Shown in pieces: positions 16,715 through 26,346 of a DNA stretch of 43,774 nt (position 1 is the first letter of the stretch; each line of letters opens with the position of its first letter). The stretch spans positions 1 to 43,774 of the forward strand of contig JAHQWD010000001.1 in assembly GCA_019634005.1 (NCBI GenBank), given 5' to 3'. The notes beneath the pieces were generated by a model. That model saw only the letters and a list, made by a program, of their open reading frames with translations. It made no database searches and was not told the DNA's origin. The DNA is from Candidatus Kaiserbacteria bacterium (lineage in GTDB: Bacteria > Patescibacteriota > Minisyncoccia > Phycocordibacterales > UBA918). Made by a program: the position numbers and the translations under genes.

Positions 16715-17813
16715 AGAAAAACCACATGTTGCGATTGTTATAAACGACTTCACGGTAGGTGGCGCGCAGAAACTCATTGTTGACCAGCTTCGTCATTTTG
16801 ATGATCGTTGTACGTATTCTCTTGTCACACTTTTCTCTTTTCCCGAGAAGTCAGACTTCTACAGCGATATACCCGAGGGTATATCGCTGTACACACTCTC
16901 TTTCCGTAATTTCTTTGATCTCAAAAGTTGGATGCAGTTATTAAAACTCTTCCGAGAGATCCGACCTGATGTCGTCATATCTCATCTCTTTTTTGCAAAT
17001 ACAGTGACCCGTGTTTTAAGAATACTTTGTGGCTATGCGTGTATCGCAGTGGAGCACAATACGTATATTCACAAGACAGGTCTTCAGGTTTTTGTAGACA
17101 CGGTACTCTCGTTTGTTACATTCCGTATCGTTGCTGTCTCTGAGACAGTTGCCACGTTTACGGCAAAGCAGGAACATATCTCCCCAAAGAAATTTGTGGT
17201 CATACACAACGGTATTGATATTAAAAAGATACAGGAGCAGGCAGTAGTGCTTCCAGAAAAAGAAGTGCTGAAGAAGGGGTTGGGATTTACTGATGAAGAG
17301 AAGGTGATTGTAAACGTGGGAAGACTAACGCCACAGAAGAATCAGTTACTGCTTCTCGATGGATTCGCAGATTTTGTGAAGAAACATCCAGAGTATCGGT
17401 TGGTGATTCTCGGCGAAGGTGGATATCGATCGAAGTTGGAGAAACGGATTGCGGACTTAGATCTCTCGGAAGTGGTCTCGCTTCCTGGGTATAAAGATCC
17501 GATTCCATATTATGTGGCAGGAGACTTCCTTGCCCTTACCTCAGAGATTGAGGGGTTTGCCATTGTTGGTATTGAGGCGATGGCATGTGGTATGCCTATG
17601 GTCTCCACAAAGACAGCGGGACCAGACGAGTATCTCAGAGAAGGGGAAAATGGATTTTTCATCAGAGAGAACAAAGTGTCGGAGGCATTTGAGAAGATGG
17701 TTGGGGTAGGGGACTCTTTTTCAATAGCATGTAGAGATACAGCGACGGCGTTTGATATCCGAACAAATGCAGAGAAACATACGGAACTTTTCTTAGAGAC
17801 TACGAGGAAGTAA
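16707..17813 (+). CDS. Glycosyltransferase family 4
   Basis: GGAQK, IHNGID, NVGRLTPQKNQ, TSEIEGFAIVGIEAMACGMP motifs. Confidence 0.92.
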   Translation: MSKEKPHVAIVINDFTVGGAQKLIVDQLRHFDDRCTYSLVTLFSFPEKSDFYSDIPEGISLYTLSFRNFFDLKSWMQLLKLFREIRPDVVISHLFFANTVTRVLRILCGYACIAVEHNTYIHKTGLQVFVDTVLSFVTFRIVAVSETVATFTAKQEHISPKKFVVIHNGIDIKKIQEQAVVLPEKEVLKKGLGFTDEEKVIVNVGRLTPQKNQLLLLDGFADFVKKHPEYRLVILGEGGYRSKLEKRIADLDLSEVVSLPGYKDPIPYYVAGDFLALTSEIEGFAIVGIEAMACGMPMVSTKTAGPDEYLREGENGFFIRENKVSEAFEKMVGVGDSFSIACRDTATAFDIRTNAEKHTELFLETTRK

Positions 17814-18975
17814 CATTTCCATAGACTTTTTCAATCTGTTCAGTGGTCGCTTTGCTACTGAACTTTTCTCCTGCATTCTTTTTTGCAGCTTCACCAAGAC
17901 GTGCACAGAGCACACCATCTGATGAAAGCATTTTCATGGCGTCAGTGAGTGCCGATACGTTATTAAGTTCTACCAAGATCCCGCTCTCTCCATCAGAGAC
18001 AAACTCTGGTATTCCACCAGACTGTGCCGCGATAAGTGGCATACCCAAAGACATTGCCTCAAGCACCGCACGACCAAAGGGTTCTTTTCGAGAAGGGAAG
18101 ACAAAAATGTCTGATGCGTGGAGATATTCTGTGGGGTCTTCGACATTTCCTGTGAGAATCACATTCTCTTCAAGACCATCTCCCCTTAGTATGTTCTCGA
18201 GTTTTTCGCGTTCTGGACCTTCTCCAACGATGTAGAGTTGTGCGTCAGGTCGTATGGCGAGGAACGCTTTAAAACTTTGGAGTAGCCATGAATGGTTCTT
18301 CCACTCCACCAGTCTCCCGACAGTGCAGAAGGTGAGTTTCTCTTTCTCTGGAATTGAATCGTAGTCTCTCTCTAAAGCAGGTAGAGGGTCGATACCGTTT
18401 AATACAGTGGTGCATTTATTTTGATCAAGACCGAGACCCACCCATACATCCTGTATGAAATCTGAGATGGTAATGAATTGATCGACATACGTATTTGCGA
18501 ATCTTTGTGCTGCGGGTGGGAAACTAAGCATCTTCGCACTTCTTATGTGACTCACGCAGGGAATATGTTGCTTCTTTGCAACAAAGACTCCGAAGAGATC
18601 CCGTGCGATGCTGATGTTGAGGTGTATGAGATCTATGTTGTGTTCTCTAACGAGGGTTTCAAGTGCGCGGATAGAAGAACCGTGGATGAGTCTATAGAGG
18701 GGGAGATATAAAAAGGGAATATGTGCAGAGATTTTGAGAAGGTGGAGATAGAATCTGCGAAGCGGACTCGTCTTTGTATAGACGGCATTGTGGCAGGTAA
18801 ACACAGGAACATTCATATCATGTAGTCTTTGCACATACTTTGTGTGGCTTAAATCATTCACAAAAAGCACATAGGGCTCATAGTGGGAGCGATCGAGGTG
18901 CGTGATTGCCTGAATCATGCTTTCGGAGGACCCGCCGCCATCCTCGCTTGTTTCGACATAGATAACCCGTTTCAT
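17800..18975 (-). CDS. Glycosyltransferase family 4 (inverted within the locus)
   Basis: GGGSSESM, LNGID, VGRLVEWKNH, FPSRKEPFGRAVLEAMSLGMP motifs. It has its own TG-C-TACATT -10 box 7 nt upstream. Confidence 0.92.
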   Translation of the reverse strand: MKRVIYVETSEDGGGSSESMIQAITHLDRSHYEPYVLFVNDLSHTKYVQRLHDMNVPVFTCHNAVYTKTSPLRRFYLHLLKISAHIPFLYLPLYRLIHGSSIRALETLVREHNIDLIHLNISIARDLFGVFVAKKQHIPCVSHIRSAKMLSFPPAAQRFANTYVDQFITISDFIQDVWVGLGLDQNKCTTVLNGIDPLPALERDYDSIPEKEKLTFCTVGRLVEWKNHSWLLQSFKAFLAIRPDAQLYIVGEGPEREKLENILRGDGLEENVILTGNVEDPTEYLHASDIFVFPSRKEPFGRAVLEAMSLGMPLIAAQSGGIPEFVSDGESGILVELNNVSALTDAMKMLSSDGVLCARLGEAAKKNAGEKFSSKATTEQIEKVYGNVTSS

Positions 18976-19043
18976 ACCCTACAATGTAGCACTTTTTATA
19001 CCTGTACGACTATATGTGGCTGTGCTACTGTGTTTATACGCCT

Positions 19044-20201
19044 ATGTCTACATCTATTATCACCTTCGCTAATCTTGGAGAGAAAAAGAATAACCGTACG
19101 GCAGGTACGGTGCCAGTGATTGATAAATTTGCGAAGGAGAATGACCTCATTCAGGTTATCTGCCAGATTAATAAGAACTATTGGTTTAAAAATACGGTCT
19201 CTGCGACACCGACGGTAATACGATGGTGCATTCGTATTGTTGAAGAGTTGACCCGTATTCCGCTCCGCGGGGTACACCTCAAAGCACTCGATTTCTTTGC
19301 ACAGTTTAAACTTAAAAAGGCTGACCTCTATATCTTTCATACAGGAGAGTCGATGTCGCGCACTATCAAAGCTGCACGCAAGAAAGGAGGTATTTCAATT
19401 AGTCTGGCAACAATTTCTGACCCAGTAAAAAACAAAGAGATTGAAGAGGAAGAAATGAAACTGTTGGGCATTGAGGGATTTGAAACAGAATCTGAGGATG
19501 CAGTAAGACGATGTCCAGATTACAATAAGTTTGATTACGTCATCGCGTACTCTGAGTTTGTGCGTGATACCTACATAGAGAAAGGGTACCCAGCAGACCA
19601 TATCTTTACCGCGTATTCTGATACACCCCTTCCCGCCAAAGTAGAGCGTGACTGGAATGGAACATTTAAGTTGGTCTATGTAGCGTACACCAGTCCACGA
19701 AAAGGACTCCACTATCTCCTTGATGCGTGGAAAGAATTAAACCTTCCTGACGCAGAGTTGCTTCTTGTCGGGAAGTACAATCGTACTCCCGAAGAGCTCA
19801 AGGAGCGGTATGATGCAATCATTGAAAGTGATCCAAGTATCACATGGGTCGGGCGAGTCAAAGACCCAACGCCATATTTTCATGAATCAACGGCATTTGT
19901 GCTCCCGTCACTCATTGAGGGAAATCCATATGCGGTTATGGAGGCAATGGGACATGGTCTTCCTGCCATTGTGACCCCGCCAGCGCAGAGTCTCGTGGAG
20001 GACGGAAAGAGTGGGTATGTTGTACCGATACGAGATGTCGAAGCTCTCAAAGAGAAGATTCTCTATCTATATAATAATCGGGATGTTGCCAAAGCAATGG
20101 GTGAGGAGGGTCGCAAGACTATGGAAAATAAACAGGAATATGGGGAGGTAGTATATGAGATCTGTCAGGACATCTTGAAGCGTGAAGGACGAATACAATG
20201 A
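19044..20201 (+). CDS. Glycosyltransferase family 4
   Basis: RKGLHYLLDAW, FVLPSLIEGNPYAVMEAMGHGLP, DGKSGYVVP motifs. Start taken at MSTS (19044); the track start 19014 is less likely. Confidence 0.88.
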   Translation: MSTSIITFANLGEKKNNRTAGTVPVIDKFAKENDLIQVICQINKNYWFKNTVSATPTVIRWCIRIVEELTRIPLRGVHLKALDFFAQFKLKKADLYIFHTGESMSRTIKAARKKGGISISLATISDPVKNKEIEEEEMKLLGIEGFETESEDAVRRCPDYNKFDYVIAYSEFVRDTYIEKGYPADHIFTAYSDTPLPAKVERDWNGTFKLVYVAYTSPRKGLHYLLDAWKELNLPDAELLLVGKYNRTPEELKERYDAIIESDPSITWVGRVKDPTPYFHESTAFVLPSLIEGNPYAVMEAMGHGLPAIVTPPAQSLVEDGKSGYVVPIRDVEALKEKILYLYNNRDVAKAMGEEGRKTMENKQEYGEVVYEICQDILKREGRIQ

Positions 20202-20872
20202 GTATCTACGTAGAGTTTATGGGGTTATCAGGAGCGGGGAAGACAACGCTCGTTGATACGCTGTGTACACGTCTCAAAGAGCAAGATGTTTCTGTAGTGA
20301 GCAAAGACACCTTTTTTGTAAAGCCAAAGAGAGGACTTTCTAAATTGTGGTGGACAGTGACGCATCTTCACTATCTTGATAGAGAGACATTTCGTTCGCT
20401 ACTTATGCTTGGAAAGACACGCCGTCTTGGCTTTCGGAGACTACTTGCAAGTATTCATGAGCACACCAAATTGTGGCACCAACTTGCATATCGTTCGCAA
20501 TATAAAGTAATCCTCTGGGACGGTATTTTTATTCAGCGATTTGTCCATCTTGTTCTCGATGGTGTGTTTGATGTTCAAAAGACATTCGACTTCATCGTTT
20601 CTAGACTTCCAAAGGAAACTCTGGTGGTGTACATAGATGTTCCATTAGATACGGCACTTGAACGAAGACATGAACGAGAACCACGTCTCGACAGTGTGTC
20701 TGAGGTGAAGAAAGAAAAGGAAATGAAGTTTCTCACAGAGACACAACAAGTACTCCAAGAGGCTTGTACAGAACTTGAAAAAAGAAATGTACAGGTTGTG
20801 CGAATTGATGGCACCAAAACACCAGAAGAGAATGCGGATATACTGGTTAATGAAATCACTGAACGCCTATGA
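20198..20872 (+). CDS. P-loop nucleoside-monophosphate/thymidylate-kinase-like protein
   Basis: VEFMGLSGAGKTT Walker A, ILWDG, VVYIDVPLDTALERR..RE lid, RIDGTKTPEE C-terminal motif. Confidence 0.75.
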   Translation: MSIYVEFMGLSGAGKTTLVDTLCTRLKEQDVSVVSKDTFFVKPKRGLSKLWWTVTHLHYLDRETFRSLLMLGKTRRLGFRRLLASIHEHTKLWHQLAYRSQYKVILWDGIFIQRFVHLVLDGVFDVQKTFDFIVSRLPKETLVVYIDVPLDTALERRHEREPRLDSVSEVKKEKEMKFLTETQQVLQEACTELEKRNVQVVRIDGTKTPEENADILVNEITERL

Positions 20873-21954
20873 AAATTCTCTACGCAACACACGCTCGGCT
20901 TCCGACCGAGAAAGCATATGGTGCACAGATTGTGCAGACCTGCGCGGCACTTTCTGAACATGCAGAGGTGACACTCCTTGTCCCAAACAGAAACGGTGCA
21001 ACACCAGAACGTATTCGTGATGCCTATGGAATCTCCAATACATTCTCTATCCATGTGGTAGATACTCTAGACTGGGTGCAGTTTGGGAGGATAGGTTTCC
21101 TTCTTTCAGAATGGTTCTTTGCACGAGAGGTGCGAAGGATAGTGCAGAAAGAAAAGTACGATGTTGTATATAGTCGGGATGCACTCCCACTTCTTGGACT
21201 ACCAAGTGATGTTCGTACGGTATACGAGGCGCATACGCCACGGTGGAATGTGTTTATACGACGCGTCGCACGTTCTGTTGATGTGTTTGTTTCCATAACC
21301 AAAGGACTAGCAGACTGGTATACAGAGAAAGGAGTGACAAAGGATATTGCTGTAATTCCCGATGCAGTTGACCTCGCACGCTTTGAAAACATTCCAGATA
21401 AGGAGGTGTGCCGAAGAGAACTTGATATCCCAGAAGATATATTTATGGTGAGTTACATCGGACATCTCTATCCAGAAAAGGGTGCCCATATTCTTGCTGC
21501 TGCGGTGGGGCATCTTCCTGAAGATATTACGTGTTTCTTTGTCGGGGGACTTGAGCAAAACGTGGAAGACTTCAAAAAACACTATACAAGCAAACAGATT
21601 GTATACGTGCCACATCAGCCGCATGAAAGAGTGCCATACTATATGTGTGCATCTGATGTACTCGTGGTGCCAAACAGCGGAAAGCATGAGACGTCAGCAC
21701 GCTTCACATCACCGATGAAACTCTTTGAGTACATGGCGTCAGGTCGGCCGATTGTTGCGTCAGATGTTCCTGCGCTTCGAGAGGTTCTATCTGAGGAAAT
21801 GGCAACCTTCTTTGAGGCAGATAATCCAGAGTCACTTGCAGAGGCAATCATTTCTGCAAAGAATGATGGTGTAGAGAAGGCAGAGAAAGCAAAAGAAGCA
21901 GTGCAGAACTATACGTGGCAAAAACGTGCAGAACATATTATGAAGATTCTATGA
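20869..21954 (+). CDS. Glycosyltransferase family 4
   Basis: IPDAVD, YIGHLYPEKG, FTSPMKLFEYMASGRPIVASD motifs. Confidence 0.92.
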   Translation: MKILYATHARLPTEKAYGAQIVQTCAALSEHAEVTLLVPNRNGATPERIRDAYGISNTFSIHVVDTLDWVQFGRIGFLLSEWFFAREVRRIVQKEKYDVVYSRDALPLLGLPSDVRTVYEAHTPRWNVFIRRVARSVDVFVSITKGLADWYTEKGVTKDIAVIPDAVDLARFENIPDKEVCRRELDIPEDIFMVSYIGHLYPEKGAHILAAAVGHLPEDITCFFVGGLEQNVEDFKKHYTSKQIVYVPHQPHERVPYYMCASDVLVVPNSGKHETSARFTSPMKLFEYMASGRPIVASDVPALREVLSEEMATFFEADNPESLAEAIISAKNDGVEKAEKAKEAVQNYTWQKRAEHIMKIL

Positions 21955-23744
21955 CCCAGATACAGTGTGGAGATAAAACATTTGATGTTACAGAGACAAT
22001 TGCAACGGGCATGACCGCAACGGTGTACCGAACTACATGTGGGCATGTGCTGAAGCAATTTCATAAAAGTCCTTCACGGGGACATATCGACAGGGAGTAC
22101 TTCTGGCTTACAAAACTTGCTGATGAAAACATTGCTCCGAAACCAGTCGCCTATGATGAGTCTCGAAGGGTTATTCTCATGACAGATTGTGGTAACCCTG
22201 TCATGGGAGACACTCTGCCTTCAGATTGGAGAGAGCAGATGGAGCGTATTCTTTCTGTCTTCAAAGAACATAATTGTAGTCATAACGATCTCTCAGAACG
22301 GGAGGTGCTCGTTCTTGAAGAAAAATTGTATGTCATAGATTTTGGCTTTGCGTCACTCGGTGAAGATATGTCCTGTGGTGGGAAGTTTGCGGATGATGTG
22401 AAGGGAAGACTTTTTGATGATACGCACATCATTTCACTTTTGGAATTTCTCCTTCTTCCGCAGAAACAGGGGACAGAACTTCACACATTTGTCCTGTGGG
22501 AGAAAGGAGAACAGGCCGCTGTTGAAGAGAAGATACAAGAGAAGTTTCGTGTGATTCAGGCAATCACATACAATCCAAAGACACTGAAGATGTTAGGAAG
22601 AGACCGTGTTGAGGTCTTAACAAAGTTCTATCACGGGAGAATGTCGCATCACGGGGAGAAGGGCATGAAGCCATTTGTTGTGTATGTCGTGTTGGATGAA
22701 AATCCAGTCTACGAGGAACGTACCAATGCGTTCAATGGCACAACGCAGATGGTGAATATAAACACATTCGATAACCTTCAAGAACTTCGTGCGGGGCGCA
22801 CCAGTTTCATTCACGGGTCGGATAACACACAGGAGTCATATGAGAACTTAAAGACACTCTCCCTCTACACAGAGAATATTCCTGTCTGCTACTGGGAACA
22901 CTGGCGTCCGAAGTTTACGTCGTTTGAACATTTCTTTGAAACACTAAATACAACCAACCTTTCATATGTGGTACTTCGTAACTTTGATACTTTGCCTGAG
23001 GATACAGACTACGGGAAAAAGAATGATATCGACATGCTCGTAGAGGACTACTACCTTTTTAAACGAATAACTGGTGCGCTGAGTTACAAACACAAACGGC
23101 CGAAGGCGCACAAGCGCGGTGGTCCTGCGGTGGAATATGGAGGGTATAAAGTGGCAGGAAAGGTTTCTATTGCAGGTAGAGAGGTATCAGTTGATGTACG
23201 CTTTGTCGGAGACAACTACTATCCAAGGGGGTGGGAAGAGGAGGTGCTTAAGAGTCGAAGAGCGTACAAAGGATTCTTTGTGCCAGATGAGGAACATTTC
23301 TTCTATACGCTCTTGTATCATACCTTGGTACACAAGCGGAACATGTCTGATGTGTATCGAAAACAACTGTCTCAGATGGCAAAAGAGAGAAATCTTTGTG
23401 AGGGGACCCTTTCTGGTACAGAAGCATGGACTATTCTCGATGCATTTATGGAAGAGAAAGGTTATACGTATGTACGTCCAGATGAGCTGACACTTCCGTT
23501 TACCGCGCGTGATCGGGCAGGGATTAGTATCTCAGAAGATATCCAGAAGGCACGTCAGTTTCGTGCATCAGGGCGCTTTGTAGAGGCGAGTCATCTCCTT
23601 CGACAGATTCTGAGCGATGAGCCACAGAATGTAGAAGCACGCATGCTCTTGTGTGCAGTACGCACGAGACTCTTCATCGAGGAGGAACATCGTCTGCCAC
23701 TAAAGCGATTCCTGTATCGTATTAAGGAGTTACTTCGTTTGTAA
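21951..23744 (+). CDS. Multidomain protein, 597 aa: kinase-like + NDK-like + nucleotidyltransferase-like + TPR
   Basis: Kinase motifs ATGMTATVY, VLK, HNDL, IDFG; central IHGSDN; YVVLRNF...DIDMLV; C-terminal helical repeat. Start at ATG 21951 overlaps the upstream TGA. Confidence 0.7.
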   Translation: MTQIQCGDKTFDVTETIATGMTATVYRTTCGHVLKQFHKSPSRGHIDREYFWLTKLADENIAPKPVAYDESRRVILMTDCGNPVMGDTLPSDWREQMERILSVFKEHNCSHNDLSEREVLVLEEKLYVIDFGFASLGEDMSCGGKFADDVKGRLFDDTHIISLLEFLLLPQKQGTELHTFVLWEKGEQAAVEEKIQEKFRVIQAITYNPKTLKMLGRDRVEVLTKFYHGRMSHHGEKGMKPFVVYVVLDENPVYEERTNAFNGTTQMVNINTFDNLQELRAGRTSFIHGSDNTQESYENLKTLSLYTENIPVCYWEHWRPKFTSFEHFFETLNTTNLSYVVLRNFDTLPEDTDYGKKNDIDMLVEDYYLFKRITGALSYKHKRPKAHKRGGPAVEYGGYKVAGKVSIAGREVSVDVRFVGDNYYPRGWEEEVLKSRRAYKGFFVPDEEHFFYTLLYHTLVHKRNMSDVYRKQLSQMAKERNLCEGTLSGTEAWTILDAFMEEKGYTYVRPDELTLPFTARDRAGISISEDIQKARQFRASGRFVEASHLLRQILSDEPQNVEARMLLCAVRTRLFIEEEHRLPLKRFLYRIKELLRL

Positions 23745-23745
23745 T

Positions 23746-24846
23746 ATGAAAGAACAAAAACACATTCTCTATGCAACTGCTGCACGACTTTCTCGGAGAA
23801 AGGCGCATGTGGTAAGCATTCTTAATATGTGTGACTCGCTTCACAAGCGAGGACATGTCGTCACGCTCGCAGTTCCAAAAGAAGAAGAAGTCGAGGAGGT
23901 GGTTGCACAATACGACATTTCTCCTGAGGTGAATATAGTCCAAGTGCCCACAATTGATATCTCATGGCTTTCTGCAAAGGTTCGGGAGTGGGTACGGTTG
24001 TGGTCTTTCGGAAAAGCAGTACGCATGTTGTCTGAAGAACACGACGTTGTTCTCACAAGAGACTGGGCACTTACGTTATATGTAGAGGACTACATCTTCC
24101 TTCACGGGAAGCCAGATTTCTCTCGGAGGAATTGGAAGAAGAGATTGGAGAATGCACAGGGGATTGTGGTGGTGAACAGTATCATAAAGCGAATACTTGT
24201 AGACGCGGGGATTGAGGAAGGAAAAATCCACGTAGCGCCAAACGGTGTCGATATCGCGTCCTTTTCTTTGGACATGAACGCACAAGAGATGCGGGGGGAG
24301 TTAGGACTTCCAGAAGATGCAAAGATTGTTATGTACACAGGGAGTTTCTATCTCCATGACTGGAAAGGGGTACAAGTGCTTCTTGAGGCTGCAGCACTGC
24401 TTCCAGAGTATGCCTTTGTTATGGTGGGTGGCGGAACGGCAGAAATTGAAGGAATTAAAAAAGAATACAAAGGTGACAATATTATCTTGCGAGAAAAACA
24501 GCCACACAAGGATATTCCACGATATCTACAGGCCGCCGATATTCTTGTCATTCCAAATACCGATAATGCTAAAGAGGGGAGCCACTATACGTCGCCGATT
24601 AAACTCTTCGAGTACATGGCATCAGGTCGGCCGATTGTTGCGTCCAAGCTTCCTTCGATACAGGAGATTGCAACGGAGGATATAGTGCAGTTTGTAAAGA
24701 CGGGAGATGCGGAGGATCTTGCACGTGGTATAACAGAGGTACTCAGCGACGAAAATACTGCAGCGACTTTAGCGCAAAGAGCGAGGGAAGAAGTGCAGAA
24801 CTACACATGGGACGCACGAGCAAGAGTTGTTGAAAACATACTATGA
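23746..24846 (+). CDS. Glycosyltransferase family 4 (paralogue of 20869..21954)
   Basis: APNGVD, YTGSFY..KG, YTSPIKLFEYMASGRPIVAS motifs. Confidence 0.92.
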   Translation: MKEQKHILYATAARLSRRKAHVVSILNMCDSLHKRGHVVTLAVPKEEEVEEVVAQYDISPEVNIVQVPTIDISWLSAKVREWVRLWSFGKAVRMLSEEHDVVLTRDWALTLYVEDYIFLHGKPDFSRRNWKKRLENAQGIVVVNSIIKRILVDAGIEEGKIHVAPNGVDIASFSLDMNAQEMRGELGLPEDAKIVMYTGSFYLHDWKGVQVLLEAAALLPEYAFVMVGGGTAEIEGIKKEYKGDNIILREKQPHKDIPRYLQAADILVIPNTDNAKEGSHYTSPIKLFEYMASGRPIVASKLPSIQEIATEDIVQFVKTGDAEDLARGITEVLSDENTAATLAQRAREEVQNYTWDARARVVENIL

Positions 24847-25460
24847 CACGACCGTGGGACACATTTTTTAAAGAACGCATAACACGAATCCTTAAAGAAA
24901 AGGAAACGGTTATTGATATTGGAGGAGGTCTTCGTGTCGCAAAGGATAAAAACAACCGATATGACAAAAAGAGAGCATGGGCACTGCCGCTTCTTGAGGG
25001 CGTAGATTATAAAGTGCTCGATCCTGTCCCAGACTATAACCCTGATATTGTCGGAGACATCCACAACCTTCCGTTTGAGGACGATTCTGTAGATGCGCTC
25101 CTCTGTATCGCCGTACTAGAGCATGTTGAGAATCCAATACAGGCAGCGAAAGAGATGTACCGTGTCTTAAAACCGGGGGGATATCTCTTTGTCTATGTAC
25201 CATTCTTATACTACTACCACGCGGAAAAGGGATACTATGGAGATTATTGGCGCTTCACGAAGGACACACTCGACGTGCTCTTTAGAGATTTTTCCGAGAA
25301 GGAGATAGTTTCTGTACGTGGCGCACTTGAGACATGGGTGAAGCTGGGTCCTCTCGGACGAAGTGCATTTATATGTGGTCTTGCTCATATGCTGGACAAG
25401 CTCACAGGCAAGATACAGAGTGCACAGACAAGCGGGTATAATGTCTTCTTGGTGAAATAG
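24843..25460 (+). CDS. Class I SAM-dependent methyltransferase
   Basis: VIDIGGG motif I, GDIHNLPFEDDSVD, VLEHV, RVLKPGG, DYWRFT motifs. Confidence 0.9.
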   Translation: MTRPWDTFFKERITRILKEKETVIDIGGGLRVAKDKNNRYDKKRAWALPLLEGVDYKVLDPVPDYNPDIVGDIHNLPFEDDSVDALLCIAVLEHVENPIQAAKEMYRVLKPGGYLFVYVPFLYYYHAEKGYYGDYWRFTKDTLDVLFRDFSEKEIVSVRGALETWVKLGPLGRSAFICGLAHMLDKLTGKIQSAQTSGYNVFLVK

Positions 25461-25461
25461 T

Positions 25462-26346
25462 ATGCAGAAAGAACTCCTTACAAAATTTCAAGAAGCAGAA
25501 CGACGCGCACAGTCGTGGTATGAATTTTCTGGTACGCTTGGTGCAAAACTACGCCGCATCCTTTTCTTGAAAGGAAAATACCTTGTTTTTACACTGTATC
25601 GACTTGGACTTAAAAAAGAAGGCACCGCAAAGTTGTTTTTTGGAAAGCATATGCGTCTCCCGCTTAGAGACCCGAATGCACTCCGCATGTATTTCATGGG
25701 CACGCTCGGTGCGCCGCGGGAACGTGCCCTCACTGCCTTTTTGATCCGAACTCTTAAAAAAGATGACGTCTTTTATGACATCGGTGCAAACTTTGGTTTC
25801 TATGCGTTCCTTGCGGAAACATTGGCGGGGGAAGTACACGCCTTTGAGCCAAACGAGCGTATTTACGCGTATCTAAAGAAGAATGCGGCAAAAAATATTG
25901 AGACAATACAAATGGCAGTGAGTAACGAGGTGGGTATGGTGACCTTCTTTGATTCCATAGAGGACAGTAGTTCAAGTAGTCTCATTCAGTCAGAAGATAG
26001 GGAAGCGGAAGAATATGCATCAAACGAAGTAAAAGCAACCACCCTCGACACCTACACCAAAGACCACACCCCACCAACCATCCTCAAGATAGACGTGGAA
26101 GGCGCAGAACGTCTCGTACTGGAAGGAGGAAAAGAAACCCTCACTACACACAAACCAACCATCATTCTTGAAGTCTGGGGGAAAGAACGAGGGAAGAAAC
26201 ACCACAAAGAAGCAGTCTCTCTCCTTCACACCATGGGATACGTACCGCACCACATTACCGAAGACGGAACGTTGGAGCGGTTGGGAGAGGTGGATTTTGA
26301 TGGAATTACTCGGTACGAGAATATTGTGTTTACACGGCCCTCTTAA
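25462..26346 (+). CDS. FkbM-family methyltransferase
   Basis: FYDIGANFGFY, VHAFEPN, TTLD, LKIDVEGAE motifs. Confidence 0.92.
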   Translation: MQKELLTKFQEAERRAQSWYEFSGTLGAKLRRILFLKGKYLVFTLYRLGLKKEGTAKLFFGKHMRLPLRDPNALRMYFMGTLGAPRERALTAFLIRTLKKDDVFYDIGANFGFYAFLAETLAGEVHAFEPNERIYAYLKKNAAKNIETIQMAVSNEVGMVTFFDSIEDSSSSSLIQSEDREAEEYASNEVKATTLDTYTKDHTPPTILKIDVEGAERLVLEGGKETLTTHKPTIILEVWGKERGKKHHKEAVSLLHTMGYVPHHITEDGTLERLGEVDFDGITRYENIVFTRPS

